Assembly (NCBI GenBank): GCA_017522225.1
Contig: JAFWZR010000020.1
Location: forward strand, 15,805 to 79,804
DNA length: 64,000 bases
Direction of reading: 5' to 3'
From: Clostridia bacterium
Lineage (GTDB): Bacteria > Bacillota > Clostridia > Oscillospirales > Acutalibacteraceae
Shown here: positions 13,287-22,877 of the stretch, piece by piece
How positions within the stretch are numbered: position 1 is the first letter of the stretch
Layout: each line of letters begins with the position of its first letter
Translations under genes and position numbers: made by a program
Notes under the pieces: generated by a model
The model's database searches: none
What the model was told of the DNA's origin: nothing
Seen by the model: only the letters and a program-made list of their open reading frames with translations

Positions 13287-13871
13287 TTGGCTGTATTTTT
13301 CTATTGCTTCTCTTATTTTATCTGCGCCCTCACCGTTCTGTGCAGAGAACGGAATAGCCTCAATGTCACCGAATTCCGCAAGTTCTTCCTTGATTGCCTC
13401 AAGACGCTTTGTGCGTTCGGTTTTGTTGAGCTTGTCACTCTTTGTCATAACAACAATAAACTCAAAGCCTGCCGCCTGCATAAAACGCATCATATCAAGG
13501 TCATCCTTTGTAACAGGATGACGCATATCCGTCAGCTGAACAACAAGACGGATGTTTCTGCCTGAATTGAAATAGCCTTCCATCAGGTCAGCCCAACGCT
13601 TCTTCTCATTAAAGTTAACCTTTGCGTAGCCGTAGCCGGGAAGATCAACAAGCTTGACACCGTCGCAGTCAAAGAAATTGACCGTTACCGTCTTGCCCGG
13701 AACAGAGCTGACTCTTGCAAGATTTTTACGGTTAAGAACCTTGTTGAGCATCGATGATTTGCCTACATTCGATCTGCCTGCAAAAGCAATTTCGACTGCG
13801 TCCGACTTCGGCAGCTGCTGACTTGTGCCGTAGGATGCTTCGTATTTTACCTTGTCAAATCTCATTTTCAT
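13284..13871 (-). CDS. engB: Ribosome-biogenesis GTPase YsxC/EngB
   Basis: 195 aa. P-loop GRSNVGKSS and G3 DLPGYGYA. It lies directly downstream of lon, as in Bacillus. Confidence 0.92.
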   Translation of the reverse strand: MKMRFDKVKYEASYGTSQQLPKSDAVEIAFAGRSNVGKSSMLNKVLNRKNLARVSSVPGKTVTVNFFDCDGVKLVDLPGYGYAKVNFNEKKRWADLMEGYFNSGRNIRLVVQLTDMRHPVTKDDLDMMRFMQAAGFEFIVVMTKSDKLNKTERTKRLEAIKEELAEFGDIEAIPFSAQNGEGADKIREAIEKYSQ

Positions 13872-13876
13872 CCTCC

Positions 13877-16279
13877 TCAGGTACGCATAATGTTATATCC
13901 GACTTCTTTTTTGGTTGCCATTGCCGCAACCGCCTTTTTTTCTTCAGTATTCCTGATGAGTGCGTTTTCAAAAACCTCGTCAAGACTTGTTACGGGAATA
14001 AACTTAACACTTGCCTTTACCTTCTCGTCAACATCAGCAAGGTCGGACATATTTTTCTTCGGAATAATTACCTGCTTCATACCCATACGGTATGCCGCCA
14101 TAGCCTTTTCACGAAGTCCGCCGATAGGCATTACTCTGCCTCTGAGCGAAATTTCACCCGTCATAGCCGTTCTGCAATCCGCAGGAGTATCTGTCAAGGC
14201 AGAAAGTAAGGCTGTTGCCATCGTAACACCTGCTGACGGTCCGTCCTTCGGCACCGCACCCTCAGGCACGTGAATGTGGATATCCTTCTCTTTATAGAAT
14301 TTCGGATTTATTCCGTATTTATCAACGCGGCTTCTTATAAAGCTGACTGCCGCCATAGCGGATTCCTTCATTACATCACCGAGTGAGCCTGTCAGCTCAA
14401 TCTTGCCCGTACCCTCAAGCACGGCAACCTCAACCTGCAGCATTTCACCGCCGACGCTCGTCCATGCAAGTCCGTTCACAACACCTACAGCCGACTCCTC
14501 GTCGATTGTTTCGGGGAGGTATTTTTTCGGTCCGAGCAGCTTTTCAAGGTCGCTTACCTTAACTGAAACCGCTGTCTGCTCACCGCTGACTACAGCTGCC
14601 GCAGCCTTTCTGCAAAGGGCAGCAATCTGCTGTTCAAGACGGCGCACGCCTGCCTCTTTTGTGTAACAGTCAATGATATCGCGCAAGGCTTTATCGTTGA
14701 TTTTAAAGGTTTTAGTATCAAGTCCGTGAAGCTTTATCTGCTTCGGAATAAGATGCTTCTTTGCAATATTGAACTTTTCCTCGTGAGTGTAGCTCGGAAG
14801 CTCAATAACCTCCATTCTGTCCAGAAGCGGAGCAGGAATTGTGGACTTGTCATTTGCGGTTGTGATAAACATAACCTTGCTCAGGTCGAACGGCAGGTCA
14901 ACATAGTGATCCGTAAATGTGCCGTTCTGCTCACCGTCAAGCACCTCAAGAAGTGCCGATGACGGGTCACCCTTATAATCAGAACCGAGCTTGTCGATTT
15001 CGTCAAGCAGGATAATCGGATTTTTTGTACCGGCTGACTTCACCGCTGCAATAATTCTGCCGGGCATAGAGCCGATATAGGTTTTTCTGTGGCCGCGGAT
15101 TTCCGCCTCATCGTGAACACCACCGAGTGAAACTCGGGAAAATTTTCTGCCCATCGCTTCGGCAACGCTCTTTGCGATTGATGTTTTACCGACACCCGGA
15201 GGGCCGACAAAGCAAAGCGTCTGACCGTATCCGCCCTCGGAAAGCTTGCGGACGGCAAGTGCCTCGATAATTCTTTCCTTGATTTTATCCATTCCGTAAT
15301 GGTCACGGTCAAGGATTTTTCTTGCGTGGGCAAGGTTAAGATTGTCTTCGGTCAGCTTGTTCCAGGGCAGGTCAATGCAGGTTTCGATATAAACTCTGCT
15401 GACGGTTGCCTCGGGTGTTGTCGGAGACATTCTTTCAAGTCGTGAGCACTCCTTGAGAAGCTTTTTCTCACTCTCCTCCTCAAGAACCAGAGCCTTGATT
15501 TTTTCACGGAATTCCTCACACTCTTCAAGCGGAGAAACGCCATCGTTGAGCTCATCGGAAATAACTCTCATCTGCTCGTGAAGGTAGTATTCACGCTGAC
15601 TCTTGTCTATATTTTCCTGAACCTTGCGATTAATGTCATTTTCAAGGCGCATCAGGTCACCCTCTTTTGCAAGAAGGCAGCACACCTTTTCAAGTCTGCG
15701 GAGAGGATTTACCTCATTGAGAATTGTCTGACGCTTTTTGTACTCAAGCATAATGTTGCCTGCGATATAATCGGCAAGCTCGGCTGCGCCGTTTTTCTCA
15801 AGCACCTCAAGAATAAGGTCGCCCGGCATCTGCGGAGCAACGTCGGCATAATCCTCGAAATAATCCTTTGTCTGACGGACAAGTGCAATTTCATAGTTCT
15901 TGTCCTCTGCCTTTATTGACGGCTCTTTGCGTCTTTTTACATCCGCAATAAGATACGGCTGAGTCTGAAGCATTTCAACAAGCGAAGCACGGTAAAGTCC
16001 CTCAACGGAAATTCTGATGTTTTCCGAATTAGGCAATCTTAAAATATGGCTGATTTTTGCAACCGTACCCATTTTGAAAAGCTGATCAACCTCGGGCTCG
16101 TCATCGCGGACATCCCTTTGTGCAACGAGAAAAATCTCGCGTTCATCCGCCATTGCCGCCTTGATTGCGTCAATGGAACGCTGTCTGCCGACATCAAAAT
16201 TAAGCGTCATACCCGGAAATATAACAAGTCCGCGTAACGCTACGGTCGGCATCACTTTATAGTCATTCATTCTGTTCAA
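13877..16279 (-). CDS. lon: ATP-dependent Lon protease (LonA)
   Basis: 800 aa. LON N-domain, AAA+ GPPGVGKTS and a protease domain with KDGPSAG (catalytic Ser). Probable TTG start. Confidence 0.96.
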   Translation of the reverse strand: MNRMNDYKVMPTVALRGLVIFPGMTLNFDVGRQRSIDAIKAAMADEREIFLVAQRDVRDDEPEVDQLFKMGTVAKISHILRLPNSENIRISVEGLYRASLVEMLQTQPYLIADVKRRKEPSIKAEDKNYEIALVRQTKDYFEDYADVAPQMPGDLILEVLEKNGAAELADYIAGNIMLEYKKRQTILNEVNPLRRLEKVCCLLAKEGDLMRLENDINRKVQENIDKSQREYYLHEQMRVISDELNDGVSPLEECEEFREKIKALVLEEESEKKLLKECSRLERMSPTTPEATVSRVYIETCIDLPWNKLTEDNLNLAHARKILDRDHYGMDKIKERIIEALAVRKLSEGGYGQTLCFVGPPGVGKTSIAKSVAEAMGRKFSRVSLGGVHDEAEIRGHRKTYIGSMPGRIIAAVKSAGTKNPIILLDEIDKLGSDYKGDPSSALLEVLDGEQNGTFTDHYVDLPFDLSKVMFITTANDKSTIPAPLLDRMEVIELPSYTHEEKFNIAKKHLIPKQIKLHGLDTKTFKINDKALRDIIDCYTKEAGVRRLEQQIAALCRKAAAAVVSGEQTAVSVKVSDLEKLLGPKKYLPETIDEESAVGVVNGLAWTSVGGEMLQVEVAVLEGTGKIELTGSLGDVMKESAMAAVSFIRSRVDKYGINPKFYKEKDIHIHVPEGAVPKDGPSAGVTMATALLSALTDTPADCRTAMTGEISLRGRVMPIGGLREKAMAAYRMGMKQVIIPKKNMSDLADVDEKVKASVKFIPVTSLDEVFENALIRNTEEKKAVAAMATKKEVGYNIMRT

Positions 16280-16317
16280 AAAATCAACTCCAAAAGTTTA
16301 AAACGATATATGCCGAC

Positions 16318-16346
16318 ATTATACATTAAAATTATTCTTTTTTCAA
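16318..16346 (-). promoter_or_regulatory. Sigma-A type promoter for lon-engB
   Basis: The minus strand reads TTGAAA-17 nt-TATAAT with TG upstream of the -10. Confidence 0.45.
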
Positions 16347-16425
16347 CCTAAAAAGATTGTCTGTACTGTTGTAAATTGACAAAAGCAGTGATAAAATAAG
16401 CTTAATTGATTTTTCGGAGATTTTT

Positions 16426-17259
16426 ATGGAAAGACATCAACTTATCGAACGAAGCATTATTAAAAAATACCGCAAAACCATATGGAACAACTTTGTTGCC
16501 GCAATCAAGGATTACGAGCTTATCCGCGAGGGCGACAAAATTGCCGTATGCATTTCGGGCGGTAAGGACTCGATGCTTCTTGCAAAATGTATGCAGCATC
16601 TGCAAAAATACAGCGACTTTGAATTTCAGGTTGAATACATCGTTATGGATCCCGGTTACAATCCCGAAAACCGCGAAAAAATAATCGAAAACGCAAAAAT
16701 TCTTGACCTGCCGATCACGGTTTTTGACTCCCCTATTTTTAACTCCGTGCAGAATGTCGGCGGCGGATCACCGTGCTACCTTTGTGCAAGGATGCGCCGC
16801 GGTTACCTGTACAAGCAGGCTCAGGATATCGGATGCAACAAAATTGCTCTTGGCCACCATTTTGACGATGCAATCGAGACCACGCTGATGAATATACTTT
16901 ACGGTGCAGAAATCAAAACAATGATGCCGAAGCTCAGAAGCACCAACTTTGACGGAATGGAGCTTATCCGTCCGCTTTATATGGTGCGTGAACGCGACAT
17001 CATTGCGTGGGCAAGATATAACGGGCTTGAGTTTATCCGTTGTGCGTGCAGCGTCACACAGAAGAATGAAGAAACCTGTGACGGCTCAAAGCGTCAGGAG
17101 GTCAAGGAGCTTATCCGCAAGCTGACGGCAGAAAACGACAAGGTTGATATGAACATTTTCAAAAGCATTCACAACGTCAACCTTGCAACAGTAGTCGGAT
17201 ACCGTGAGCGTGACGGCGGAGACGTGCATCTTTTCACCGAAAAATATAACGAAGAGTGA
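16426..17259 (+). CDS. PP-loop ATPase, TtcA-like tRNA 2-thiolation protein
   Basis: 277 aa. SGGKDS PP-loop and a CYLCARMRRG motif like the TtcA CxxC segment. Confidence 0.75.
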   Translation: MERHQLIERSIIKKYRKTIWNNFVAAIKDYELIREGDKIAVCISGGKDSMLLAKCMQHLQKYSDFEFQVEYIVMDPGYNPENREKIIENAKILDLPITVFDSPIFNSVQNVGGGSPCYLCARMRRGYLYKQAQDIGCNKIALGHHFDDAIETTLMNILYGAEIKTMMPKLRSTNFDGMELIRPLYMVRERDIIAWARYNGLEFIRCACSVTQKNEETCDGSKRQEVKELIRKLTAENDKVDMNIFKSIHNVNLATVVGYRERDGGDVHLFTEKYNEE

Positions 17260-17266
17260 ATAAATA

Positions 17267-17884
17267 ATGATTTATTTTTTTGAAAATTATGACGGCTTTT
17301 CCTGCGAAAAATATCTTAATTTTCTTGATGATAATCGCAGAGAAAAATACGAAAAATTAAAGCAGAATCGCGACAAAGAAAACTGCGTTATTTCGTACAT
17401 TCTTCTGAAAAAAGCTCTTGCTGATTTCGGAATAACCAATCCCGAATTTGCAACGGGAGAAAACGAAAAGCCGTACTTAAATAATTATCCCGATGTGTTT
17501 TTTAACATCAGCCACACGCACGGCGGAGTTGTCGCGGTTGCCGACAAAAGTCCCGTAGGCATTGACATCCAGGACATTTTACCCGTGCGTAACGGTGTTC
17601 TTGAGCGTTGCTTTTCCGAAAAAGAAATACAAATCGTCCGCAACAGCAATTCACCGCAAAAAGAGTTCGCCCGGCTGTGGACTCTTAAGGAAAGTGCGGT
17701 AAAATTCAGCGGAGAGACTATCGCTTCACTCAAAAATTATTGCTTTGAGAATACAGAAAAAAGCTTTGAAAAATACGGCAGAAAATTTGTAACCTTTGAA
17801 AGAGAAAAGCTTTTTATTTCCGTGTGCGGAGAGAGAGCTTTTTCACAGATAAACAAAATTAAAAGCTTGGAGGAAATTATATGA
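17267..17884 (+). CDS. 4'-phosphopantetheinyl transferase (Sfp-type)
   Basis: 205 aa. Contains GIDIQ and WTLKESAVK, the two conserved PPTase motifs. Confidence 0.75.
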   Translation: MIYFFENYDGFSCEKYLNFLDDNRREKYEKLKQNRDKENCVISYILLKKALADFGITNPEFATGENEKPYLNNYPDVFFNISHTHGGVVAVADKSPVGIDIQDILPVRNGVLERCFSEKEIQIVRNSNSPQKEFARLWTLKESAVKFSGETIASLKNYCFENTEKSFEKYGRKFVTFEREKLFISVCGERAFSQINKIKSLEEII

Positions 17885-18513
17885 AAATTTTATTTCAGGG
17901 CGACAGCATAACAGATGCAGGCCGTAACCGTGACGACATTCACGACCTCGGTAACGGATATCCGAAATATGCCGCAAAATATCTTACAGATTATTTTCCC
18001 GGTATGGATTTTGAGTTTGTCGATCTCGGTATCAGCGGTAACCAGACCATCGACCTTGTAAACAGACTTGAATCCGACTTCATTGACATTCAGCCCGACA
18101 TCGTGTCAATCCTTATCGGTGTGAATGACACCTGGCACAGAGCGGAAAACAAAGAATGGCTCTCCGACGAAAAGTTTGAAGAGAATTACCGCACCGTGCT
18201 TGAGGCTATAAAGAGAGAAACAACTGCAAAAATTGTTATGATTGAGCAGTTCCTCCTTCCTGCAGAGGATAAGCTGTATTTCCGAGAGGACCTTGATCCG
18301 AAAATTCAGATTGTCCGCAAGCTCGCAAGAGAGTATGCCGACCTTTTCATTCCTCTTGACGGTATTCTTGCTGCCGCTTGTGTCAAGACGGACTGGAAGG
18401 CTTTCTCAGAAGACGGTGTTCACCCGACACACGGAATCGGAGCAGATTTCATCGGTCACATCTATGCCGATTATGTGGCAGAGGTTATTGAAGAAGTTCA
18501 TTCAAATATGTAA
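17881..18513 (+). CDS. SGNH/GDSL hydrolase
   Basis: 210 aa. Block I FQGDSITD and block V DGVHPT. A 4-nt ATGA overlap joins it to the PPTase gene. Confidence 0.8.
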   Translation: MKILFQGDSITDAGRNRDDIHDLGNGYPKYAAKYLTDYFPGMDFEFVDLGISGNQTIDLVNRLESDFIDIQPDIVSILIGVNDTWHRAENKEWLSDEKFEENYRTVLEAIKRETTAKIVMIEQFLLPAEDKLYFREDLDPKIQIVRKLAREYADLFIPLDGILAAACVKTDWKAFSEDGVHPTHGIGADFIGHIYADYVAEVIEEVHSNM

Positions 18514-18523
18514 GTAAAAAATA

Positions 18524-18565
18524 AATGCAGAGGATTTCCGACGGAGTCCTCTGCATTATTGTTTT
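18524..18565. terminator. Bidirectional terminator
   Basis: AATGCAGAGGA-loop-TCCTCTGCATT lying between convergent genes. Confidence 0.7.
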
Positions 18566-18571
18566 GTTGTT

Positions 18572-19627
18572 TTATTTTTTAATTCTCTTTTTAAAAAGCA
18601 CCTTGTCTAGTGCACCCGTTGCACGGTCAAAAACTTCTGCAAGAACAACCGTTACCGCAAACGAAAGCACAAAGAAAAGATATCTGTTCGACGATATTGC
18701 CTCAATCGAATCGAATACGGACATCGGCAAACGCTGAAGAATATACACGCTGAAAACGTGGTTGCCGAGCCATGCAAGTGCCTTGTTGCCGAGCTCAAAC
18801 TTCATTGAAGCAAATATAATAAGAAGTGTGAATGTGATTGTCCAGAGAAGGTAAATTACAAATTCACGCTTATTAAGGTGGCAGAAAATAAAGAGTGCCG
18901 CACACGCCGCTGTCGTGATAAACCAGATGATATTGTTCTTCATTACAAGCTTTTCGATTTTATCCTTGAAGAAGGAATACCAAAGACCGAGCGGAAGACA
19001 AAGCGATGTATTGTACCAGTATGCTGCAAGCTTGAAGCCTTCGCGCATAATAACAATATAGACAACCGTCAGCGCAGTTGTGAGAATAAGCGCAAACACC
19101 CTATGCTTTTTGAAAATCATAAACGCAACATAAATCACGATATACAGCACAAGAATCGTGAACATAAACCAGTTGCTGTTACCGATATTCTTCCAGCCGA
19201 TAAGAGACCAGAGCACCTTTTCGACCGTCATCTCCTTACCTGTGATAAGGTTGAGTATAAAGAAAAGCATAACAGCAAGGTCGAGATGAAGCAAGGTTTT
19301 AAGCACACGGTTTGTCGGGAAGGTTTTTATATAATCCGTACCCTTACGCTTGACACTTTCATAAATGCCGTAGCCCGAATAAAACAGGAACATTACGACA
19401 ACCAACTGTCCGAGGAATGTTCTGACCAGCTTGTACGGATTGTCGAACACCGTTGACATCTCGTAATACTGGATAAAATGGCTCATAAAAACAAGGAAAA
19501 CAAACACACCCTTTATAGCGGTTGTGTTCTCCCTTGACATATAATTTCGGTTAAACTCTTTAACGGGACTGATTTTCATTCCGTAGATGCATATCCACGA
19601 AAGAAGAATTAAGAAAACTAACATCAT
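18572..19627 (-). CDS. Acyltransferase family 3 membrane protein (O-acyltransferase)
   Basis: 351 aa and polytopic (about 10 TM). Composition and length are typical of acyltransferase_3 enzymes that modify polysaccharides. Confidence 0.65.
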   Translation of the reverse strand: MMLVFLILLSWICIYGMKISPVKEFNRNYMSRENTTAIKGVFVFLVFMSHFIQYYEMSTVFDNPYKLVRTFLGQLVVVMFLFYSGYGIYESVKRKGTDYIKTFPTNRVLKTLLHLDLAVMLFFILNLITGKEMTVEKVLWSLIGWKNIGNSNWFMFTILVLYIVIYVAFMIFKKHRVFALILTTALTVVYIVIMREGFKLAAYWYNTSLCLPLGLWYSFFKDKIEKLVMKNNIIWFITTAACAALFIFCHLNKREFVIYLLWTITFTLLIIFASMKFELGNKALAWLGNHVFSVYILQRLPMSVFDSIEAISSNRYLFFVLSFAVTVVLAEVFDRATGALDKVLFKKRIKK

Positions 19628-19754
19628 ACTCCTCCTTTTTTATCCCCATTATATTATTCTTAAATGCTAAAGTCAATTGTTTTTAAAGTGTTGATTTTTT
19701 TTGACAGTTATTGTAAAATACAAGTGTATATTTTCGAGTAAAGGATCTGTTCAG

Positions 19755-22376
19755 ATGTCGAATTATAAGTATAAAATGTCCGTCATAATTCCTGTGTACA
19801 ACTGTGAAAAGCATCTCGAAAACTGTATGAACAGTCTGAAAAGACAGACTATGAAGCAGAGCGATTTCCAGATTGTTTTCATCAATGACGGCTCAAAGGA
19901 TAACAGTGACGCAATCTGCCTTAAGCTCAAGGAAGAAAACAGCAACGTTGTTTATTTCAAAAAAGAAAACGGCGGTGTTTCCTCTGCAAGAAACAAAGGT
20001 CTTGAACTGGCAGAGGGCAAGTACATTATGTTCCTTGATGCAGACGATTCCGTTTCTGACAACTGTCTTAAGTCTCTTTATAAATTCTTTGAGGCACATT
20101 ATGACGAGGTTGACCTTGTAACCTACAACATAGATTACCTCAGCGAAACAGGCAAAATCACAAGCCATAAGCGTTTCGATATTCTTGACCATACTGCAGT
20201 TTACGACATCAATTCAGACCACAACATTATGCAGACAACAATGAATATCTGCGTTAAGAATGTTCCCGAAAACGAACGCATACTTTTTGACACAAATCTT
20301 ACTCTCGGAGAAGATCAGCTCTTTATCTTCTCATGGATTTCCAGAAAGCAGAAGCTCGGCTTTGTTGCAAATGCGACATATACCTACTACCGCCATTCAG
20401 GCTCTGCAAGCTCAATTCACAACGATCCCTACTACTGCTTCGATCAGTATATTTACTTTTTCAACAAGCTTCTTTCTGTCTGCACAACGCCTGACGGAAA
20501 GCCGCATAAAACTGCACAATCTATGGTTGTGTACAACATTAACTGGCGTATTACCTCTGATATGCTTGTAAGCCACGCTGACCCTGAGCTTGAGGCAAAG
20601 CAGCTTGCAACAGTCAAAGAGGTGCTGAAAAAAGTCGAAAACAGTGTTATTTTTAATTCCATCTATGTTGACCCGTTCCATATGGAATGCTTCATCAGAC
20701 TCAAGGACCTTGATTATGATTACGCAGTCAACAACACTTCCCTTAGTGTTTACACAAACAATCATGAGCTCTGGTTTTCACAGCCTCATTCAATCGTGTT
20801 TGATACAATCAAAATCGCCGACAATAAGCTTAAGATTCTCGGCTTTGTCAAAACTTGTATTCTTCCGCTTAATAATCTCTCCTTCTACTACATCGATACA
20901 GACAACGAGCTGCACGAGGTAGAGCTGACTGAAACACTCTTCAGCTGCTACAAGGGTAAGGCAAAAACAAACAACTTCGGCGGATTTGACATTTCAATTC
21001 CCCTCTCGGATTACAACAGTATCGGCTTCCGTCTTAAGATTGACAATGTTATTATCACACCTGTTCCGTTTTACAGCTTCCGCTGTGTTGTGAACAATGT
21101 CAAAACTTTCGTTGCCTGCGGAGATTACACGGTCGAGCTTAATAAAAAGTCAAAGGGTCTGCTTATCCGCAAAGCAAATGCGGCAAAAATCAAGCTTGCT
21201 GCACAGAAGGCTGACCTTACAACCCTGCGTGAAAACCGAAATGCTTTCATTTACCGTAAAACCGCAAAGCTCACCAAAGGTACGGGCGACATCTGGCTTT
21301 ACTGCGACAGAGAGAATATTTTCGATAACGCATACGAGCAGTTCCGACACGACTTTGATATCAATGACGGTGTAAGGAGATACTACATCGTTGACAACCT
21401 CAAGGACAGCGACAAAACCAAGTATTTTACTCCGAAGCAGAGAAAGCATCTTGTCAAATTCAAATCTATCAGACACAGACTTCTTTTCCTTAATTCAAGT
21501 AAGGTTTTCACTTCCTTTAACTCAATTTCTATCATCAGTCCGTTCGGCAACCTTCCCCTGCGTTGGTATTCTGATATGATTCAAACGGAAATCATTTACC
21601 TTCAGCACGGTGTTCTTCACGCTAACCTGCCCAACCTTTATGTCAAAGAAAAGGCAAACGTGGACAAAATCGTTATCTCCTCTGAATTTGAGAAGAAGAA
21701 CTTTACTGAGATTTACCGCTTCAAGGATGAGGATCTTCTCTTCAGCGGTATGCCGAGATTCGACTCGATTGATGTCAGTAAGCCTCCAAAGAGAAAGATT
21801 CTCTTCTCCCCCTCGTGGAGAAAGAATCTTATCGGTGAATATGTTGACAATACAAGAATGCTTTATCCTGAAAAATTCCTTGCTTCACCGTTCTATACCC
21901 AGGTCAACGCATTTCTCAACTCCCCCGAGCTTGCAGAATTGCTTGAGAAATACGACCTGACTCTCGACTTTAAAAACCATCCGATTTTCAGCTGCTATGA
22001 TGAGTATTTCGAGGTAAGCAATCCGAGAATCAACATCACTCAGGAAAACATCAATATGCAGGATTATCTTGCAATGATCACCGACTATTCATCCGTTGTT
22101 TTCGACTTTGTTTACCTGAGCAGACCGATCATCTACTTCGTACCCGACTATGATCAATTCCGTGCCGGACTTACCCACGGATATTCAAAGCTTGATCTTC
22201 CGCTTGAAGAGGGCTTCGGAGACATCACACAGACAGGTGAAGAGCTTCTGAAAGCGGTCAAGACTCTTGCAGAAAACGATTTCAGGGCAAGTGAAGTTTA
22301 TCAGAAACGAATGGACGACTTCTTCGGTGCAAGAGATACCGACCATTGCGAACGACTTTACAACCTTTGTAAATAA
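19755..22376 (+). CDS. Bifunctional GT2 glycosyltransferase / CDP-glycerol glycerophosphotransferase (TagF-like)
   Basis: N-terminus MSVIIPVYNCEKHL with LDADD (GT2). The C-terminal half has LQHGV, FSPSWR and ITDYSSVVFDF, typical of TagB/TagF. I prefer the ATG at 19755 (AAAGGA RBS) over the track start at 19701. Confidence 0.85.
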   Translation: MSNYKYKMSVIIPVYNCEKHLENCMNSLKRQTMKQSDFQIVFINDGSKDNSDAICLKLKEENSNVVYFKKENGGVSSARNKGLELAEGKYIMFLDADDSVSDNCLKSLYKFFEAHYDEVDLVTYNIDYLSETGKITSHKRFDILDHTAVYDINSDHNIMQTTMNICVKNVPENERILFDTNLTLGEDQLFIFSWISRKQKLGFVANATYTYYRHSGSASSIHNDPYYCFDQYIYFFNKLLSVCTTPDGKPHKTAQSMVVYNINWRITSDMLVSHADPELEAKQLATVKEVLKKVENSVIFNSIYVDPFHMECFIRLKDLDYDYAVNNTSLSVYTNNHELWFSQPHSIVFDTIKIADNKLKILGFVKTCILPLNNLSFYYIDTDNELHEVELTETLFSCYKGKAKTNNFGGFDISIPLSDYNSIGFRLKIDNVIITPVPFYSFRCVVNNVKTFVACGDYTVELNKKSKGLLIRKANAAKIKLAAQKADLTTLRENRNAFIYRKTAKLTKGTGDIWLYCDRENIFDNAYEQFRHDFDINDGVRRYYIVDNLKDSDKTKYFTPKQRKHLVKFKSIRHRLLFLNSSKVFTSFNSISIISPFGNLPLRWYSDMIQTEIIYLQHGVLHANLPNLYVKEKANVDKIVISSEFEKKNFTEIYRFKDEDLLFSGMPRFDSIDVSKPPKRKILFSPSWRKNLIGEYVDNTRMLYPEKFLASPFYTQVNAFLNSPELAELLEKYDLTLDFKNHPIFSCYDEYFEVSNPRINITQENINMQDYLAMITDYSSVVFDFVYLSRPIIYFVPDYDQFRAGLTHGYSKLDLPLEEGFGDITQTGEELLKAVKTLAENDFRASEVYQKRMDDFFGARDTDHCERLYNLCK

Positions 22377-22382
22377 CAAATT

Positions 22383-22424
22383 CACACAAGGCAGAAAAAT
22401 AACTGCCTTGTGTGTTATTTTTTT
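22383..22424 (+). terminator. Rho-independent terminator after the TagF-like gene
   Basis: CACACAAGGCAG-loop-CTGCCTTGTGTG followed by TTATTTTTTT. Confidence 0.85.
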
Positions 22425-22436
22425 GCAAAATTAGTA

Positions 22437-22465
22437 TTGACAAGCAATAAAATATGTGATAATAT
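22437..22465 (+). promoter_or_regulatory. Promoter for the tRNA-Ser pair
   Basis: TTGACA-17 nt-TAATAT, ending 12 nt before the first tRNA. Confidence 0.55.
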
Positions 22466-22477
22466 AATCGAGCATTC

Positions 22478-22566
22478 GGAGAGATACCGAAGTGGTTATA
22501 ACGGAACGGTCTTGAAAACCGTCGTACGGCAACGTACCGTGGGTTCGAATCCCACTCTCTCCGCCA
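22478..22566 (+). tRNA. tRNA-Ser (anticodon UGA), CCA encoded
   Basis: The cloverleaf folds by eye. Acceptor GGAGAGA/TCTCTCC, anticodon loop CTTGAAA, long variable arm, T-arm GTGGGTTCGAATCCCAC and terminal GCCA. Confidence 0.93.
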
Positions 22567-22571
22567 CACTG

Positions 22572-22605
22572 AGTAAGACTTCCTTCTAACAAAGGAAGTC
22601 TTACT
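22572..22605 (+). other. 13-bp hairpin between the two tRNA genes (no U-tract)
   Basis: AGTAAGACTTCCT-loop-AGGAAGTCTTACT. Confidence 0.5.
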
Positions 22606-22641
22606 TATAAAGAACAGAATATTTCGGTTTTGTTCACCAAT

Positions 22642-22731
22642 GGAGGATTACTCAAGTGGTGAAGAGGCTCCCCTGCTAAGGGAGTAGGTCGGGTAACCGG
22701 CGCGAGGGTTCAAATCCCTTGTCCTCCGCCA
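22642..22731 (+). tRNA. tRNA-Ser (anticodon GCU), CCA encoded
   Basis: Acceptor GGAGGAT/GTCCTCC (one G-U pair), anticodon stem-loop CTCCC-CTGCTAA-GGGAG, long variable arm and T-loop TTCAAAT. Confidence 0.93.
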
Positions 22732-22732
22732 G

Positions 22733-22781
22733 AAAAGCAACTATGGTACCGCAAGGTATTATGGTTGCTTTTCTGTTTTTT
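22733..22781 (+). terminator. Terminator after the tRNA pair
   Basis: AAAAGCAAC.AT ... ATGGTTGCTTTT followed by CTGTTTTTT. Confidence 0.7.
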
Positions 22782-22877
22782 GAGAAGATGTAAAAATGAC
22801 ATTATCAAGCAAACCGCAACAATTTGACTGTACACCAAAAGTGAATTATGCTATACTACAGTGAAGGATGTGATACC

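Noticed and set aside
19701-19754. N-terminal extensions given by the ORF track, here and at 22848, 26192, 37547, 37486-37635, 44827-44865, 57544, 59635-59688 and 56805-56840.
   Set aside because: Downstream in-frame starts have proper Shine-Dalgarno spacing. Several extensions also overlap predicted promoters or neighbouring genes.
22282-22569. A 95-aa minus-strand ORF overlapping tRNA-Ser(UGA).
   Set aside because: It runs antisense through a well-folded tRNA gene and its promoter, so it is an artefact.
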